From Candidatus Moraniibacteriota bacterium (GTDB lineage Bacteria; Patescibacteriota; Minisyncoccia; Moranbacterales; UBA1568), in assembly GCA_052035095.1 (NCBI GenBank), contig JBPOHW010000003.1, forward strand, positions 1,807 to 65,806: DNA of 64,000 bases, in the 5' to 3' direction. Shown in pieces: positions 1 through 10,166 of this stretch. The notes under the pieces are model-generated. The model made no database searches and was not told the DNA's origin. It worked only from the letters and a program-made list of their open reading frames with translations. The translations under genes and the position numbers were made by a program. Positions within the stretch are counted from its first letter, which is position 1; every line of letters begins with the position of its first letter.

Positions 1-642
1 CACCGATTTTCCAAAAGCCTTTCCGATGATTATCGCCGCCGCTATCTTTCGTACACCGCCTATTTCACCAATGAACAGAAGGCACTCCTCTATACCGACG
101 AATTCAAGGCAAAAGTCTGGAACTATGATACGTATGACCGTATCGCCTCACGCTTCCTCGAGTCCGGATCCGCGAATCGCACCGAACAGGCGGTCTATGC
201 CGACTTCGTCACCTACCTCCCCGAAGCGTTAATGACCAAAGTTGACATCGCCACCATGGCGGTTGCCCTCGAAGGCCGTTCCCCGTTCCTTGACCACAAG
301 TTTCTTGAGCTCACGGCAAAAATTCCTTTTCACTTCAAGTTGAAGGGATTCAATAATAAGAAATATATCTTAAAGGAAGCGCTCCGCGGCATTATTCCGG
401 ACGAAGTGATGTTTCGTCCCAAAATGGGCTTCGGCGTCCCGATCGACGCGTGGTTTCGCGGCGAACTTCGCGAGTACGCTTCCAATAAACTTCTCAACGG
501 AAACATGGTGAGGCGAAATCTTTTCAAAAAGTCAGCCCTCGAAAAAATTCTCCATATCCACACCTCCACAACCATAAACTTCTCCCCTCACATCTGGGCA
601 CTCCTCACCCTCGAACTCTGGTTTGAGGAGTATTTTTCGTAA
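1..642 (+). CDS. asnB: Asparagine synthetase (glutamine-hydrolysing), C-terminal fragment; 5' end lies outside the window
   Basis: Frame 1 is open from nt 1 to the stop at 642; translation ...YADFVTYLPEALMTKVDIATMAVALEGRSPFLDHKFLEL...FRPKMGFGVPIDAWFRG matches the AsnB C-terminal synthetase domain. Confidence 0.75.
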   Translation, partial: HRFSKSLSDDYRRRYLSYTAYFTNEQKALLYTDEFKAKVWNYDTYDRIASRFLESGSANRTEQAVYADFVTYLPEALMTKVDIATMAVALEGRSPFLDHKFLELTAKIPFHFKLKGFNNKKYILKEALRGIIPDEVMFRPKMGFGVPIDAWFRGELREYASNKLLNGNMVRRNLFKKSALEKILHIHTSTTINFSPHIWALLTLELWFEEYFS

Positions 643-674
643 CGAGTATTCGCGCGAAATTTTCTCTCAACTCT

Positions 675-1583
675 ATGTTTTTTCTTTTCGCGACATATCA
701 AAAATTCCTCAAAAAAGGTAAAGATTATCTTTCGCTTATGCGGATTCATCATCTCATAAAAAATATACTCGTATTCGCTCCGCTTGTTTTTTCATTACAA
801 ATCACCCCTGAAAATATCTTGAGGTCTTTGATTGCTTTTTTTGCTTTTTCGTTTGTTGCAAGCTCAGTATATGTTCTTAATGACATTTTCGATGCGGATT
901 CCGACAGGAAACATACCCGAAAAAAAACTCGACCCCTCGCTGCCGGCACAATTCGTATACAGAATGCGCAAATATTTTGCACCATCCTCTTCTTACTCGG
1001 CATTTCAGTGGCACTCATTTTGCCATTATCTGTTTTCTCCATAATCGTCGGGTATTTCATCATAAATATCCTTTATTCCAGTTGGTTGAAAAAGATTTCC
1101 ATCATTGATGTTATGATTGTTGCAACCGGGTTTGTATTGAGAATTCTCGTCGGAGCATTGGCAATAGCCGTTTCTGTTTCACCCTGGATACTTTTGTGCA
1201 CATTTTTCGGAGCGCTTTTTGTCGCATTCGGAAAACGCAAAGGAGAAATAGACATCCTCAAAAATGACTCTCACTCGATAAGAAACGTCCTTTCATCTTA
1301 TCATCCCGATTTTCTCAACCAGCTTATCGGCACGACAGCCGCTATCACCATTATAAGCTACGCTCTCTATACCATAGATACTCATACCATAGACCGCCTC
1401 GGGACAAGAGACCTCGTGTATACCGTCCCATTTGTTGTTTTTGGAATATTCAGATATTTTCAAATTATATACACACAGTCGAGAGGCGACGATCCAACCA
1501 AAATATTTTCAACTGATCGCCCACTGCTTATTACCGTGATACTCTGGGCGGTAACATTTGCCGTCATAGTTCATATTCATTAA
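675..1583 (+). CDS. UbiA-family polyprenyl-phosphate phosphoribosyltransferase-like membrane protein (decaprenyl-phosphate 5-phosphoribosyltransferase-like)
   Basis: Polytopic membrane protein with UbiA aspartate-rich motif YVLNDIFDADSDRKHTRKKTRPLAAG, resembling the DPPR synthase clade (Rv3806c-type) of the UbiA superfamily. Confidence 0.65.
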   Translation: MFFLFATYQKFLKKGKDYLSLMRIHHLIKNILVFAPLVFSLQITPENILRSLIAFFAFSFVASSVYVLNDIFDADSDRKHTRKKTRPLAAGTIRIQNAQIFCTILFLLGISVALILPLSVFSIIVGYFIINILYSSWLKKISIIDVMIVATGFVLRILVGALAIAVSVSPWILLCTFFGALFVAFGKRKGEIDILKNDSHSIRNVLSSYHPDFLNQLIGTTAAITIISYALYTIDTHTIDRLGTRDLVYTVPFVVFGIFRYFQIIYTQSRGDDPTKIFSTDRPLLITVILWAVTFAVIVHIH

Positions 1584-1591
1584 AAAAACGT

Positions 1592-2254
1592 ATGTCATCT
1601 TTTTTTGAATTCCACTGCCACACGACTCCCTATTCGAAGGACGCCGGAGCAAAACTTGACGACATCATCAAAAGGTGTGAAAGGCGAAATATACGAAGCA
1701 TAGCGATTACCGATCACGACGAAATAGAAGGAGCGCTTCGATTAAAAAGTATAGCTCCTCCTTGGTTAAATGTCGTTCTTGGAGAAGAAATCAATACGTC
1801 TGCCGGAGAAATTATAGGCATATTCCTCAAAAAAAAGATTCCCCCCGGCCTTTCCCCGGAAGAAACACTTGCGGAGATAAAGAAGCAAGGAGGTATTTCC
1901 GTCGTCCCTCATCCATTCGACAGGTTTCGCTCAAAGGTTTTGAAAGCGTCCGAAATCAAAAAGAATGTTCATGCTATTGATATTATCGAAACTTTCAATG
2001 CGCGAAATCTATTGGAGGCAGATAATAAAAAGGCGGAGGAATTTGCGGAAATATACGAAAAACCCTGTATATGCGGGGGTGATGCTCACTTTATTGGAGA
2101 GTACGGGAGGACCGTCATCGCCAATATTGACTGTAGCGGACCGGAAACATTTCTCCGATCATTACATCGAGAAAATTTCAAACTTCGAAAATCTTCTCTT
2201 ACTTTCCATCTCCTGACAAAATACATGAAAATAGTCAGTTCTTTTCAAAAATAG
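1592..2254 (+). CDS. PHP-domain metal-dependent phosphoesterase
   Basis: N-terminal FEFHCHTTPYSKDAG...SIAITDHDEIEG is the PHP (polymerase/histidinol phosphatase) signature; gene sits 9 nt downstream of the UbiA gene. Confidence 0.7.
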   Translation: MSSFFEFHCHTTPYSKDAGAKLDDIIKRCERRNIRSIAITDHDEIEGALRLKSIAPPWLNVVLGEEINTSAGEIIGIFLKKKIPPGLSPEETLAEIKKQGGISVVPHPFDRFRSKVLKASEIKKNVHAIDIIETFNARNLLEADNKKAEEFAEIYEKPCICGGDAHFIGEYGRTVIANIDCSGPETFLRSLHRENFKLRKSSLTFHLLTKYMKIVSSFQK

Positions 2255-2256
2255 AT

Positions 2257-5199
2257 ATGCGAACAAAAATTTTTGCCACTACTCTCTTCTTTCTCATTTG
2301 TCTCTTTCCCGGAAGCAAGGCCGGATTTTTCGACGGTCTTCCGCCTTCAGCTCTGGAACTCATTATTACAGCCACAATACTCATAGGCATATTTGGAACG
2401 CCCTGGAACAAAAATGCCTTGATGCGAAAAGTAATCATCACCTCGCTTATTTTATTTCTCGCCGGTCAAACGATTTCAAAAACTTTTCTTCCTGTCGGAT
2501 GGAATGTCTGTATTCGTACATCTGCCGGCGCGCCACAAGGAAATTCAGCTTGTGAGCGATCAATCGAATTTCCACGAGGAAAAAAGAGTTTCATATATGA
2601 GACCATCGATTTCTCCAGAGAAAACTTTCCATTGTACTTTCTCAACGACACCTCTCGTTTCAATTTCTTGCGAGCAAACAATGAGCCCGATAGAGGTAAG
2701 CTTCCCTTTTCGATAGCCGCATCCACTTTTTTTCATGCCCAAGCAGATGACTCGCTTCTCATACAATCAGACAAAAATGTTCGCCTCGCAATAAACGATA
2801 CCACCATTCCTCTTGTCACCGACAAAGAAAATTTATTTCAAAAAATAGCACTCACACCGAATACGACCCATCATATTGAAATCATCTATGAGACAAATCG
2901 TAACAAGAAAAACATCCTCGTAGCCAAACTGCCTCGACCGTCATTTTTTACAATAGGAGATACCAAATCCATCCCACATACCGCATGGGCAACAATCTAC
3001 AAATTTGTAAACATATCCATTCTCATTCTTCTTGTTTTGACATTCGCTTGGGCGAAAAAACCGGATATACTCCTTCTCGGAAAATCACAAAAAATAACTC
3101 TCCTCATAGGGACACTTATTCTTATTTCTTTCTGGACACTTGTCACGCAAGATGTCATTGGATTCAAGGAAGCCCTTTTTCCGTTTTCAATATTCCTTAT
3201 TGGTTCTTCTCTTTTATTCGCTTCCTTGAAAAAATCATTAAAAAGAACACTTCTTCCGATCCTATTTCTCGCACTGTTTTTCAATTCATGCATATTTACA
3301 ACCACTCGAACATTTTCGGAAGAAGCGATTATTTTCGGCGGAGGGAATGATCCGATCGGACATGAATGGTATGCTCGCAGAGTATTTCTTTCGACAAGCC
3401 TTGAGGAATTCAGGGATTCCATTGGCTCTAGCGTCGACTACTATCAGCCGCTTCACCGCTATTTTCTCACTGTTTTCCACGTACTGGCCGGAGAGCCAAT
3501 GTGGGGACCATACGCACTTCAGACATTTCTTTTCAGCCTCGCCATTCTTTCACTCATTCTCGTTTTGTGGCAAACCAGCACTGTATCAGCGATTGTTTTT
3601 TCACTTGCCATGGCAGTCTTACTCACTTATGAGCCAACTTCTGCCTTGGAGGCCATCCTTTCTCCACTTCAACAAGCGATAGCGCTTCCTTTCATTATGT
3701 TTGCTTTCGCAATTCTTCTTTCTCTTCTGACACAAGAACAAGAAACGCGACAAGAAAAAAATATCCGGATGTTTTTTCTTTTGGGACTTTCCTTTGGGAC
3801 GGGTTCCATGATGCGAACCGATTGGCTTCCCGCCTTCTCGGGAATTCTTCTGGGAATATTCTTCATCCTTTTTCTTAATGGGAAATATCAGAAAAACATA
3901 TCGAACCAACCAACAGTAAAGCAAATCTTCTTCTCCAATATTATTTTCTACAAAAAAAGTCTTTTTCTTTTCTTCATCGGACTTTCTATTTTTCCATTCC
4001 TTATTGGTATGAAGAATTACATCTTCGCCGGACAGTTTTCATTCCTCCCTACAAGCGGTTTTGTCAATCTTCTCCCGGAAATCAAAGAAGCGGTCGACGA
4101 TAATATATCGTACTACGAAAATTCAACCGGAGTATTTCTTCAAGAAATTATACGCGGATTCTCCGGTCGATATGACGAACTCGCGGAAATTCTTCTCAAA
4201 AATGCGTATAAGGATATCATACGTCCGACCATTGTACGAATCGCTTTTTGGACTCTCTCGGTAATCGTCGTTCTTCTCTCCATTTTTCTTTTTTCGCATA
4301 TGCGCAAAACGCATTCGTTAGCATATATGAAACTCGGTAGCATCCTCTGTTCATTTCTCATACTAATTGGCATCGGATCATTTTTCGGACAACATAACGG
4401 TATTGCCATGATCGCCATATATGATATCCTTGTCGCGATCATTCTCGCTCTCAGCGCGCATATTATAGTGGATCGATTTGAAATCATGAAAAAACTCAAG
4501 CAAACCTATCGAAACAAATCAGACAGCCTTCAACAATATCTTCGCATAAACAGAGAGCTTTCCAAATTTCTCCTCTCGAGAATTCCACCTCATTCCGGAT
4601 TCTTGGATAGGATGAAAATAGCTTATCGCCCTTACATTTGTCCATTCTCCGATCTTCTCAATCTCCTTCCCAATCAATCTTCGATTTTCGACATCGGCTG
4701 TGGCAACGGCATGTTTCTCGCTCTCGTTTCAAAATTCAAGCTTCCAAAAGCAATAGGCGGTGTAGAGATATCAAAAAAACTCATCGATAACGCAATAACT
4801 ATTCTCGAGAATTCCAGCGTCGGAAAGAACGATCAGATCTCGATTCATACTTTTGACGGACAAACTATTCCTCATGAAATACGATCATATGAGTACATTT
4901 TCATGATTGATGTTCTCCATCACATCCCAAAGACAGCTCAAGTTGAATTTCTTAGAAAAGTTACTCATACTATGTCCGTCGGATCAAAGCTCATTCTAAA
5001 AGATATCGATGGAAGCCGTCCGTTTCTTTCAAAGTTCAACAAATTGCATGATCTCTTATTCTCGGGAGAGATCGGACACGAATTAAATCCGAAGTATGTC
5101 TTGCGAGAACTTATCCGTATGAATCTGAAGATTCACTTGATGCATAAAAAAAGAATATTTCTCTATCCTCACTACACCATCGTTTGCGAAAAAGTTTAA
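2257..5199 (+). CDS. Large polytopic membrane protein (putative GT-C-type glycosyltransferase) fused to a C-terminal class I SAM-dependent methyltransferase domain
   Basis: About 730 aa with many predicted TM helices and an early extracytoplasmic loop; C-terminal about 230 aa carries FDIGCGNGMFLAL...IFMIDVLHHIP...LILKDI methyltransferase motifs. Confidence 0.55.
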   Translation: MRTKIFATTLFFLICLFPGSKAGFFDGLPPSALELIITATILIGIFGTPWNKNALMRKVIITSLILFLAGQTISKTFLPVGWNVCIRTSAGAPQGNSACERSIEFPRGKKSFIYETIDFSRENFPLYFLNDTSRFNFLRANNEPDRGKLPFSIAASTFFHAQADDSLLIQSDKNVRLAINDTTIPLVTDKENLFQKIALTPNTTHHIEIIYETNRNKKNILVAKLPRPSFFTIGDTKSIPHTAWATIYKFVNISILILLVLTFAWAKKPDILLLGKSQKITLLIGTLILISFWTLVTQDVIGFKEALFPFSIFLIGSSLLFASLKKSLKRTLLPILFLALFFNSCIFTTTRTFSEEAIIFGGGNDPIGHEWYARRVFLSTSLEEFRDSIGSSVDYYQPLHRYFLTVFHVLAGEPMWGPYALQTFLFSLAILSLILVLWQTSTVSAIVFSLAMAVLLTYEPTSALEAILSPLQQAIALPFIMFAFAILLSLLTQEQETRQEKNIRMFFLLGLSFGTGSMMRTDWLPAFSGILLGIFFILFLNGKYQKNISNQPTVKQIFFSNIIFYKKSLFLFFIGLSIFPFLIGMKNYIFAGQFSFLPTSGFVNLLPEIKEAVDDNISYYENSTGVFLQEIIRGFSGRYDELAEILLKNAYKDIIRPTIVRIAFWTLSVIVVLLSIFLFSHMRKTHSLAYMKLGSILCSFLILIGIGSFFGQHNGIAMIAIYDILVAIILALSAHIIVDRFEIMKKLKQTYRNKSDSLQQYLRINRELSKFLLSRIPPHSGFLDRMKIAYRPYICPFSDLLNLLPNQSSIFDIGCGNGMFLALVSKFKLPKAIGGVEISKKLIDNAITILENSSVGKNDQISIHTFDGQTIPHEIRSYEYIFMIDVLHHIPKTAQVEFLRKVTHTMSVGSKLILKDIDGSRPFLSKFNKLHDLLFSGEIGHELNPKYVLRELIRMNLKIHLMHKKRIFLYPHYTIVCEKV

Positions 5200-5241
5200 T
5201 CCACGCCTTGTACGTACAAAGGAACCCAGAAAGAAACTCAT

Positions 5242-6333
5242 ATGCGAAAAAATCACATTTCTTTTCTCGTTGATCCCGAAACATTCGAGCCTCTTTCACC
5301 TTCACACTCCTTCGAAGAAAATCTTAATCATATCACTTCTGGAATTCTCTCAAGTGAAAAAAATTGGTACCCGATCATAAACAGTATTCCGCGGCTCCTT
5401 GTGGGAAAACTCAAAATAAATCTCTTGCAAACACATCAGGGCTTCTTCAAACGATTTCACGCGGCACTTCCAAAAAATATCTCGGAAGAATGGCAAAAAG
5501 CGATAGACGCCATACCCGATCTCAACCGCTTTTGGAAACACCAGAAAAAAACCGCCGAGAGTTTCGCCTATGAATGGAAATATATCTACAAAGAAAACGA
5601 TTACGAGAAACAAAACTTCTTTCATTTCCTCTCACCCTTTGTTACGGAAAAGGATTTGAAAGGAAAAAAAACGCTCGATATCGGGTGCGGATCGGGGCGC
5701 TTCACCAAATGGTCGGCACTCTCCGGTGCGGAGATCGCCTTCGGGAGCGACTTGGGCGAAACCGTCGAGGTCGCCTACGAAATGACCAAGGGTCTGCCGA
5801 ATGCCTGTATCGTACAGGCGGATATCTATCATATGCCCTTCAAGGATACGTTCGACCTCGCCTACTCGATCGGTGTGCTCCATCATCTTCCCAAACCCCA
5901 AGAAGGATTCTCACGTCTTCCGAAAGTTTTAAAATCTAGCGGGCAAATGCTCATCTGGGTCTACAACCGCCGCCACAACGCCCGCGCCATCTATGTATAC
6001 GAACCACTCCGATCGATTCTCAAGAAACTTCCGAAGCCACTCCTCTTCAAGCTCTGCTATCTCCCCGGCGGCATTGTTCACAGCATCAACCTCTTCGGAA
6101 CGTTTCTGAAAAAAGTCGGGCTCGAGAAATTATCAGGAAAACTCCCCTTCTCGTACTATGCAAATTTCCCTTTTAATATGAAATTGAATGATGCTTTCGA
6201 CGTTCTTGCGACGCCAAAGAGCAACTACTACTATCGGGAAGCAGTCGAACAATGGTTCCGAAGCGCCAAGCTGAAAGATATCCGGGCATACGAACACCCG
6301 GAAGCGGGAATTACCTGTATCGGAACGCGATAA
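5242..6333 (+). CDS. Class I SAM-dependent methyltransferase
   Basis: LDIGCGSGRFTKW...IVQADIYHMPF...SIGVLHHLP motifs I/II/III; N-terminal Trm112-like FLVDPETFEPL segment. Confidence 0.7.
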   Translation: MRKNHISFLVDPETFEPLSPSHSFEENLNHITSGILSSEKNWYPIINSIPRLLVGKLKINLLQTHQGFFKRFHAALPKNISEEWQKAIDAIPDLNRFWKHQKKTAESFAYEWKYIYKENDYEKQNFFHFLSPFVTEKDLKGKKTLDIGCGSGRFTKWSALSGAEIAFGSDLGETVEVAYEMTKGLPNACIVQADIYHMPFKDTFDLAYSIGVLHHLPKPQEGFSRLPKVLKSSGQMLIWVYNRRHNARAIYVYEPLRSILKKLPKPLLFKLCYLPGGIVHSINLFGTFLKKVGLEKLSGKLPFSYYANFPFNMKLNDAFDVLATPKSNYYYREAVEQWFRSAKLKDIRAYEHPEAGITCIGTR

Positions 6334-6341
6334 CGTGCTCT

Positions 6342-7487
6342 ATGTCAAAGAAGAGAATACTCCACATCATTCAGTCACTCGGAAACGGCGGATGCGAAAA
6401 TATGCTGCTCCGCACCCTCCCCCTCCTTGCGGACGAATTCGAACACCACATCATCACCCTCCGCGAATTTGGCGAGCTCGCGCCACGATTTATTGAGAAA
6501 GGAATCTCCGTTACGACGATTCATCAAATCGGCTTTTTCGACATTTCGGGCTACCGGAGGCTCCTTCTGGAAACAAACCGGTTCAATCCCGACACCGTCA
6601 TCACGTACCTCTTCCATGCCGACATGATCGGACGATTTTTCTTGCAAAAGAAAATTTCTATCCCCATCATTCCCTTCCTTCGCACCACCTACAATCACCC
6701 GAGATATTTCATTGCGAGACTCTTCGAAAAAATTACTAAGCACCGTGTCAAACAGTACCTCGCCAATTCCGAAGCGGTCAAAGATTTCTACGTCAAAAAA
6801 ATCGGCGTCCAACCCGAGAAAATCACCGTCATCCCGAACGGCATCGACACCGAGTATTTCGACAGCATCCTCCCCAACCCAAATCTCCGCGCATCACCTG
6901 GTATCGCTCCTCACGACTTCGTCATTATCTGTGTCGCCAATTTTCATATCAACAAAGGTCACCGATACCTCCTCGAAGCCTTCGAGTCGCTCTTCCCGAA
7001 ATTCCGGCACGCAAAACTCCTCCTCATCGGCGATGGTTCCAAGCGAAAAAATCTTGAGCGACAAATCAACGCTTACCAAGCGAAACATTCCATTCTCTTC
7101 CTCGGACGCCGTACCGATGTCCCGCAACTCCTCAAGATTTCCGATTGTTTTGTTCTTCCCACACTCTTCGAAGGCATGAGTAATGCCCTGATTGAAGCGA
7201 TGGCCACCGGTCTCCCTGTTATCACAACCGATATTCCGGAAAATCGCGAGCTTATCGAACACGAAAAGACTGGCATTTTTGTCCAACCAAAAGATTCACA
7301 TGCGCTCACCAAGGCAATCGAACAACTCCTTGATAGTCCGGAAAAATGTGAAACCCTTGGAAAGAACGCTAAGTACGACATTCGAAGACGGTTTGACATA
7401 AATACTTCCATTTCAAAATTCAACAATTTTCTCAACTCTTTTATCGTACATAGAATGAAAAATGAGAAACCTTACAAAAAAAATTAA
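6342..7487 (+). CDS. Glycosyltransferase family 4 (GT-B)
   Basis: MSKKRILHIIQSLGNGG N-terminus and C-terminal FVLPTLFEGMSNALIEAMATGLPVITTD GT4 signature; start chosen at the internal ATG (ORF extends upstream to 6252 overlapping the previous gene). Confidence 0.8.
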   Translation: MSKKRILHIIQSLGNGGCENMLLRTLPLLADEFEHHIITLREFGELAPRFIEKGISVTTIHQIGFFDISGYRRLLLETNRFNPDTVITYLFHADMIGRFFLQKKISIPIIPFLRTTYNHPRYFIARLFEKITKHRVKQYLANSEAVKDFYVKKIGVQPEKITVIPNGIDTEYFDSILPNPNLRASPGIAPHDFVIICVANFHINKGHRYLLEAFESLFPKFRHAKLLLIGDGSKRKNLERQINAYQAKHSILFLGRRTDVPQLLKISDCFVLPTLFEGMSNALIEAMATGLPVITTDIPENRELIEHEKTGIFVQPKDSHALTKAIEQLLDSPEKCETLGKNAKYDIRRRFDINTSISKFNNFLNSFIVHRMKNEKPYKKN

Positions 7488-7506
7488 AATCAGTTTCTTT
7501 TTCCAT

Positions 7507-8565
7507 ATGAAAGACAAACCATCAATAAAGATAGTTCTCGAAAAAAGATCTGACGCAGTAGGTATCTACAATAATAAAATCTTATCTTACTTAAGAAAAA
7601 AACCAAACGTAGAATTTATTCTCCTTAATAATAAGCGTTTCAAAAAAAATATTCTCAATCGTATTTTTGAATTCTTCAACACACTAAAGATTATTTTTAC
7701 GATTGACCATAATGACATCGTTTTATTTACCGATCCCCTGCCATTCAATTTTTTGGCAAACTTATTTATAAAAAACAAAAAATTCGTCATTTTTTTTCAC
7801 TACGAACAAGATCCATCTTATTATAGATTTCTTCCTGCTATTTCTCTAAGCTCTGTCTTAAAAAAATCTGATGGAATCATATGCAGCTCTGCTTATTCAC
7901 TCTCCCAACTCCAACTCCTCAACATTGATCAAAGAAAATGCACCATCATCCATTGCGGAGTGGATCATAAAATATTTACTCCACCACTAACTAGAGAAAC
8001 TCTTTATCCTTTCGAGTATATTCTCAGCATAGGATCCGAAGAAAAGAGAAAAAACATGGAGAATATTCTTAAAACTCTCAAGATACTAAAAAGATATTTT
8101 CCTCACTTAAAACTCTTAAAAGTTGGGAAAGCAAGCTCAAGTAACCGAAAAAACACACTCTTTTGGGTAAAGAAGCTCAATCTAGACAATGATGTCGTTT
8201 TCACTGATTTCTTAGAAGAAAAGTCTCTACCAAAAATATATTCCAATTCAAGACTTCTTTTGTTTCCGTCCCTCCTCGAGGGCTTCGGTCTCCCGATTAT
8301 AGAAGCCATGGCATGTGGATGTCCGGTTGTAACATCCAATAGAAATCCCATGAAAGAGCTTGTTGGACCGGAACAACAGACCGTAGATCCACTCAATCCG
8401 AGTGACATCGCGGATACGTGTAAAAAAATTCTTTCGGATAAAAACTATCGAGATACCCTTATTCAAATCGGTATCAAGAGATCTGAAAAATTTGACTGGA
8501 AAAAAACAGCAAACGAAGTGTACTCATATTTAATAAAAAAGGATAAAAAGACAAAAGAACAATAA
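7507..8565 (+). CDS. Glycosyltransferase family 4 (GT-B)
   Basis: C-terminal LLLFPSLLEGFGLPIIEAMACGCPVVTSN motif; markedly AT-rich coding sequence; start ambiguous (7462 or 7507). Confidence 0.7.
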   Translation: MKDKPSIKIVLEKRSDAVGIYNNKILSYLRKKPNVEFILLNNKRFKKNILNRIFEFFNTLKIIFTIDHNDIVLFTDPLPFNFLANLFIKNKKFVIFFHYEQDPSYYRFLPAISLSSVLKKSDGIICSSAYSLSQLQLLNIDQRKCTIIHCGVDHKIFTPPLTRETLYPFEYILSIGSEEKRKNMENILKTLKILKRYFPHLKLLKVGKASSSNRKNTLFWVKKLNLDNDVVFTDFLEEKSLPKIYSNSRLLLFPSLLEGFGLPIIEAMACGCPVVTSNRNPMKELVGPEQQTVDPLNPSDIADTCKKILSDKNYRDTLIQIGIKRSEKFDWKKTANEVYSYLIKKDKKTKEQ

Positions 8566-8573
8566 ACGCCTTT

Positions 8574-9311
8574 TCACTTCTTGGCTACAGCCAAAAGACT
8601 TGAAGTGTATATATCTTGCTTATCGTACCCGAGAATTTGAATAAAAATTTTGAAGAAAAAAAGCGTAATTTTTCTCAATATATTCAACCAAAAATTCCCA
8701 ACTCCATAAAAGTTCTTCATCTCCACCCTTTTGAATCCCGCAACAACAAGTACTTGTCGCAAACTCAAGTTCGTAAAACCGATCTCATGAGTTATGTCTC
8801 CGTATCTGCCCGCGGTAGAATTAAAATAAGCAGCGCAATTTGGAACAACAATAATAATCGTGCCACCATCAACCAATCTATTTCTTACCTCTTCAAGAAA
8901 TCCAAAAAGATTTTCTTTTTTAATATGTTCCAATACATGTGACAAATATATGACATCAAACTTTTCTTTTTCGGAAAGAAGGTATTTATAAATATCAGCC
9001 TGAACAAACTTGTAAGATCTGAATAATTTTTTACACACGACTATTTCTTCTGTTGATATATCAACACCAGTAACATTCTTGTATCCGTGTGCTTGTAGAA
9101 AAAAAAGAAAACTTCCATAGCCACATCCCAGATCCAAAATAGCCCTTTCTTTGCTGATTTTTGTTTTAAACAGACGTCCCAGGTTATATTCCAACGGAAT
9201 TTTATTTTTCTTAAGCAGTGTCACTACCTGATTTTCATCGGAAAAATCCGTTTTTTCACAATTCGAGTAATGATTTGTAAGGTAGTTGTCGAATATTTTT
9301 CTATTGTCCAT
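8574..9311 (-). CDS. Class I SAM-dependent methyltransferase
   Basis: ILDLGCGYGSFLFFL...FDVIYLSHVLEHI...GGTIIIVVPN motifs. Confidence 0.7.
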   Translation of the reverse strand: MDNRKIFDNYLTNHYSNCEKTDFSDENQVVTLLKKNKIPLEYNLGRLFKTKISKERAILDLGCGYGSFLFFLQAHGYKNVTGVDISTEEIVVCKKLFRSYKFVQADIYKYLLSEKEKFDVIYLSHVLEHIKKENLFGFLEEVRNRLVDGGTIIIVVPNCAAYFNSTAGRYGDITHEIGFTNLSLRQVLVVAGFKRVEMKNFYGVGNFWLNILRKITLFFFKIFIQILGYDKQDIYTSSLLAVAKK

Positions 9312-10158
9312 CAGCGTTTGTTATCGGCTTATTTCCTTTCACATAGATTTTATTCAGACCAAAAAATAAATATACCAAGTAGAGAAATTGCTCGAGAACA
9401 CGCCTGTACCCTCGAGCATTAAACCGAATGTGATATTTTATAAGAGCAATGAGATTTATTTTGAACATCAAATATACCTGTCGTTTTAGCATAAAAACAC
9501 TCACAGATCCGGCATGGAGTCTTTTTTTGTACAATACTTCCGGCATATTTTCAAAGCGAACGCCCTGTGAAAACCACCGGAACCAGAGCTCGACATCTTC
9601 AGCGTGGTCATAGTTCGAGTCGTAATATCCATAATCGGCAAAGAGACTTCGTTTCATCATGCACGTGGGATTGTGTACTGGCGGCTTGCCATCATGAATG
9701 TCACTTGAATCCGCAGAAACCACGGCTTTACATTGTTCAGGCGAAGCATTGAGGAATAGACAATAAGAAGATCCCAGAATGTCCGTATCGGGGTTTTTGC
9801 GAAAATACCTCACTTGCTTTTCAAATCTGTCAGGTGGGCAAATATCATCAGAGTCGACTATTACTATAAAATTGCCTTTAGCCACTTTAATAGCCTTATT
9901 TCTCGCTTCAGATTGTCCCAAATTTACAGCATTTTTTATGTATATAATCCTTTTGTCTTTTTTAGCGAATTCTTGAATGATACTTTCACTATTATCATAA
10001 GAACCATCATTGATAATGATAAACTCAAATCGAGCATATGTTTGCGACAAAACACTCTCGATTGATTCATAAAGGTATTTCCCATTATTATAAGTGGCCA
10101 TCACGACGGAAAGTAACGGATCCGATGTCGCTTTTTCTTTATTATTCTCGGAATTCAT
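9301..10158 (-). CDS. Glycosyltransferase family 2 (GT-A)
   Basis: LLSVVMATYNNGKYLYESIESVLSQTY...FEFIIINDGSYD...DSDD motifs. Confidence 0.8.
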   Translation of the reverse strand: MNSENNKEKATSDPLLSVVMATYNNGKYLYESIESVLSQTYARFEFIIINDGSYDNSESIIQEFAKKDKRIIYIKNAVNLGQSEARNKAIKVAKGNFIVIVDSDDICPPDRFEKQVRYFRKNPDTDILGSSYCLFLNASPEQCKAVVSADSSDIHDGKPPVHNPTCMMKRSLFADYGYYDSNYDHAEDVELWFRWFSQGVRFENMPEVLYKKRLHAGSVSVFMLKRQVYLMFKINLIALIKYHIRFNARGYRRVLEQFLYLVYLFFGLNKIYVKGNKPITNADGQ

Positions 10159-10166
10159 AACTTGTT

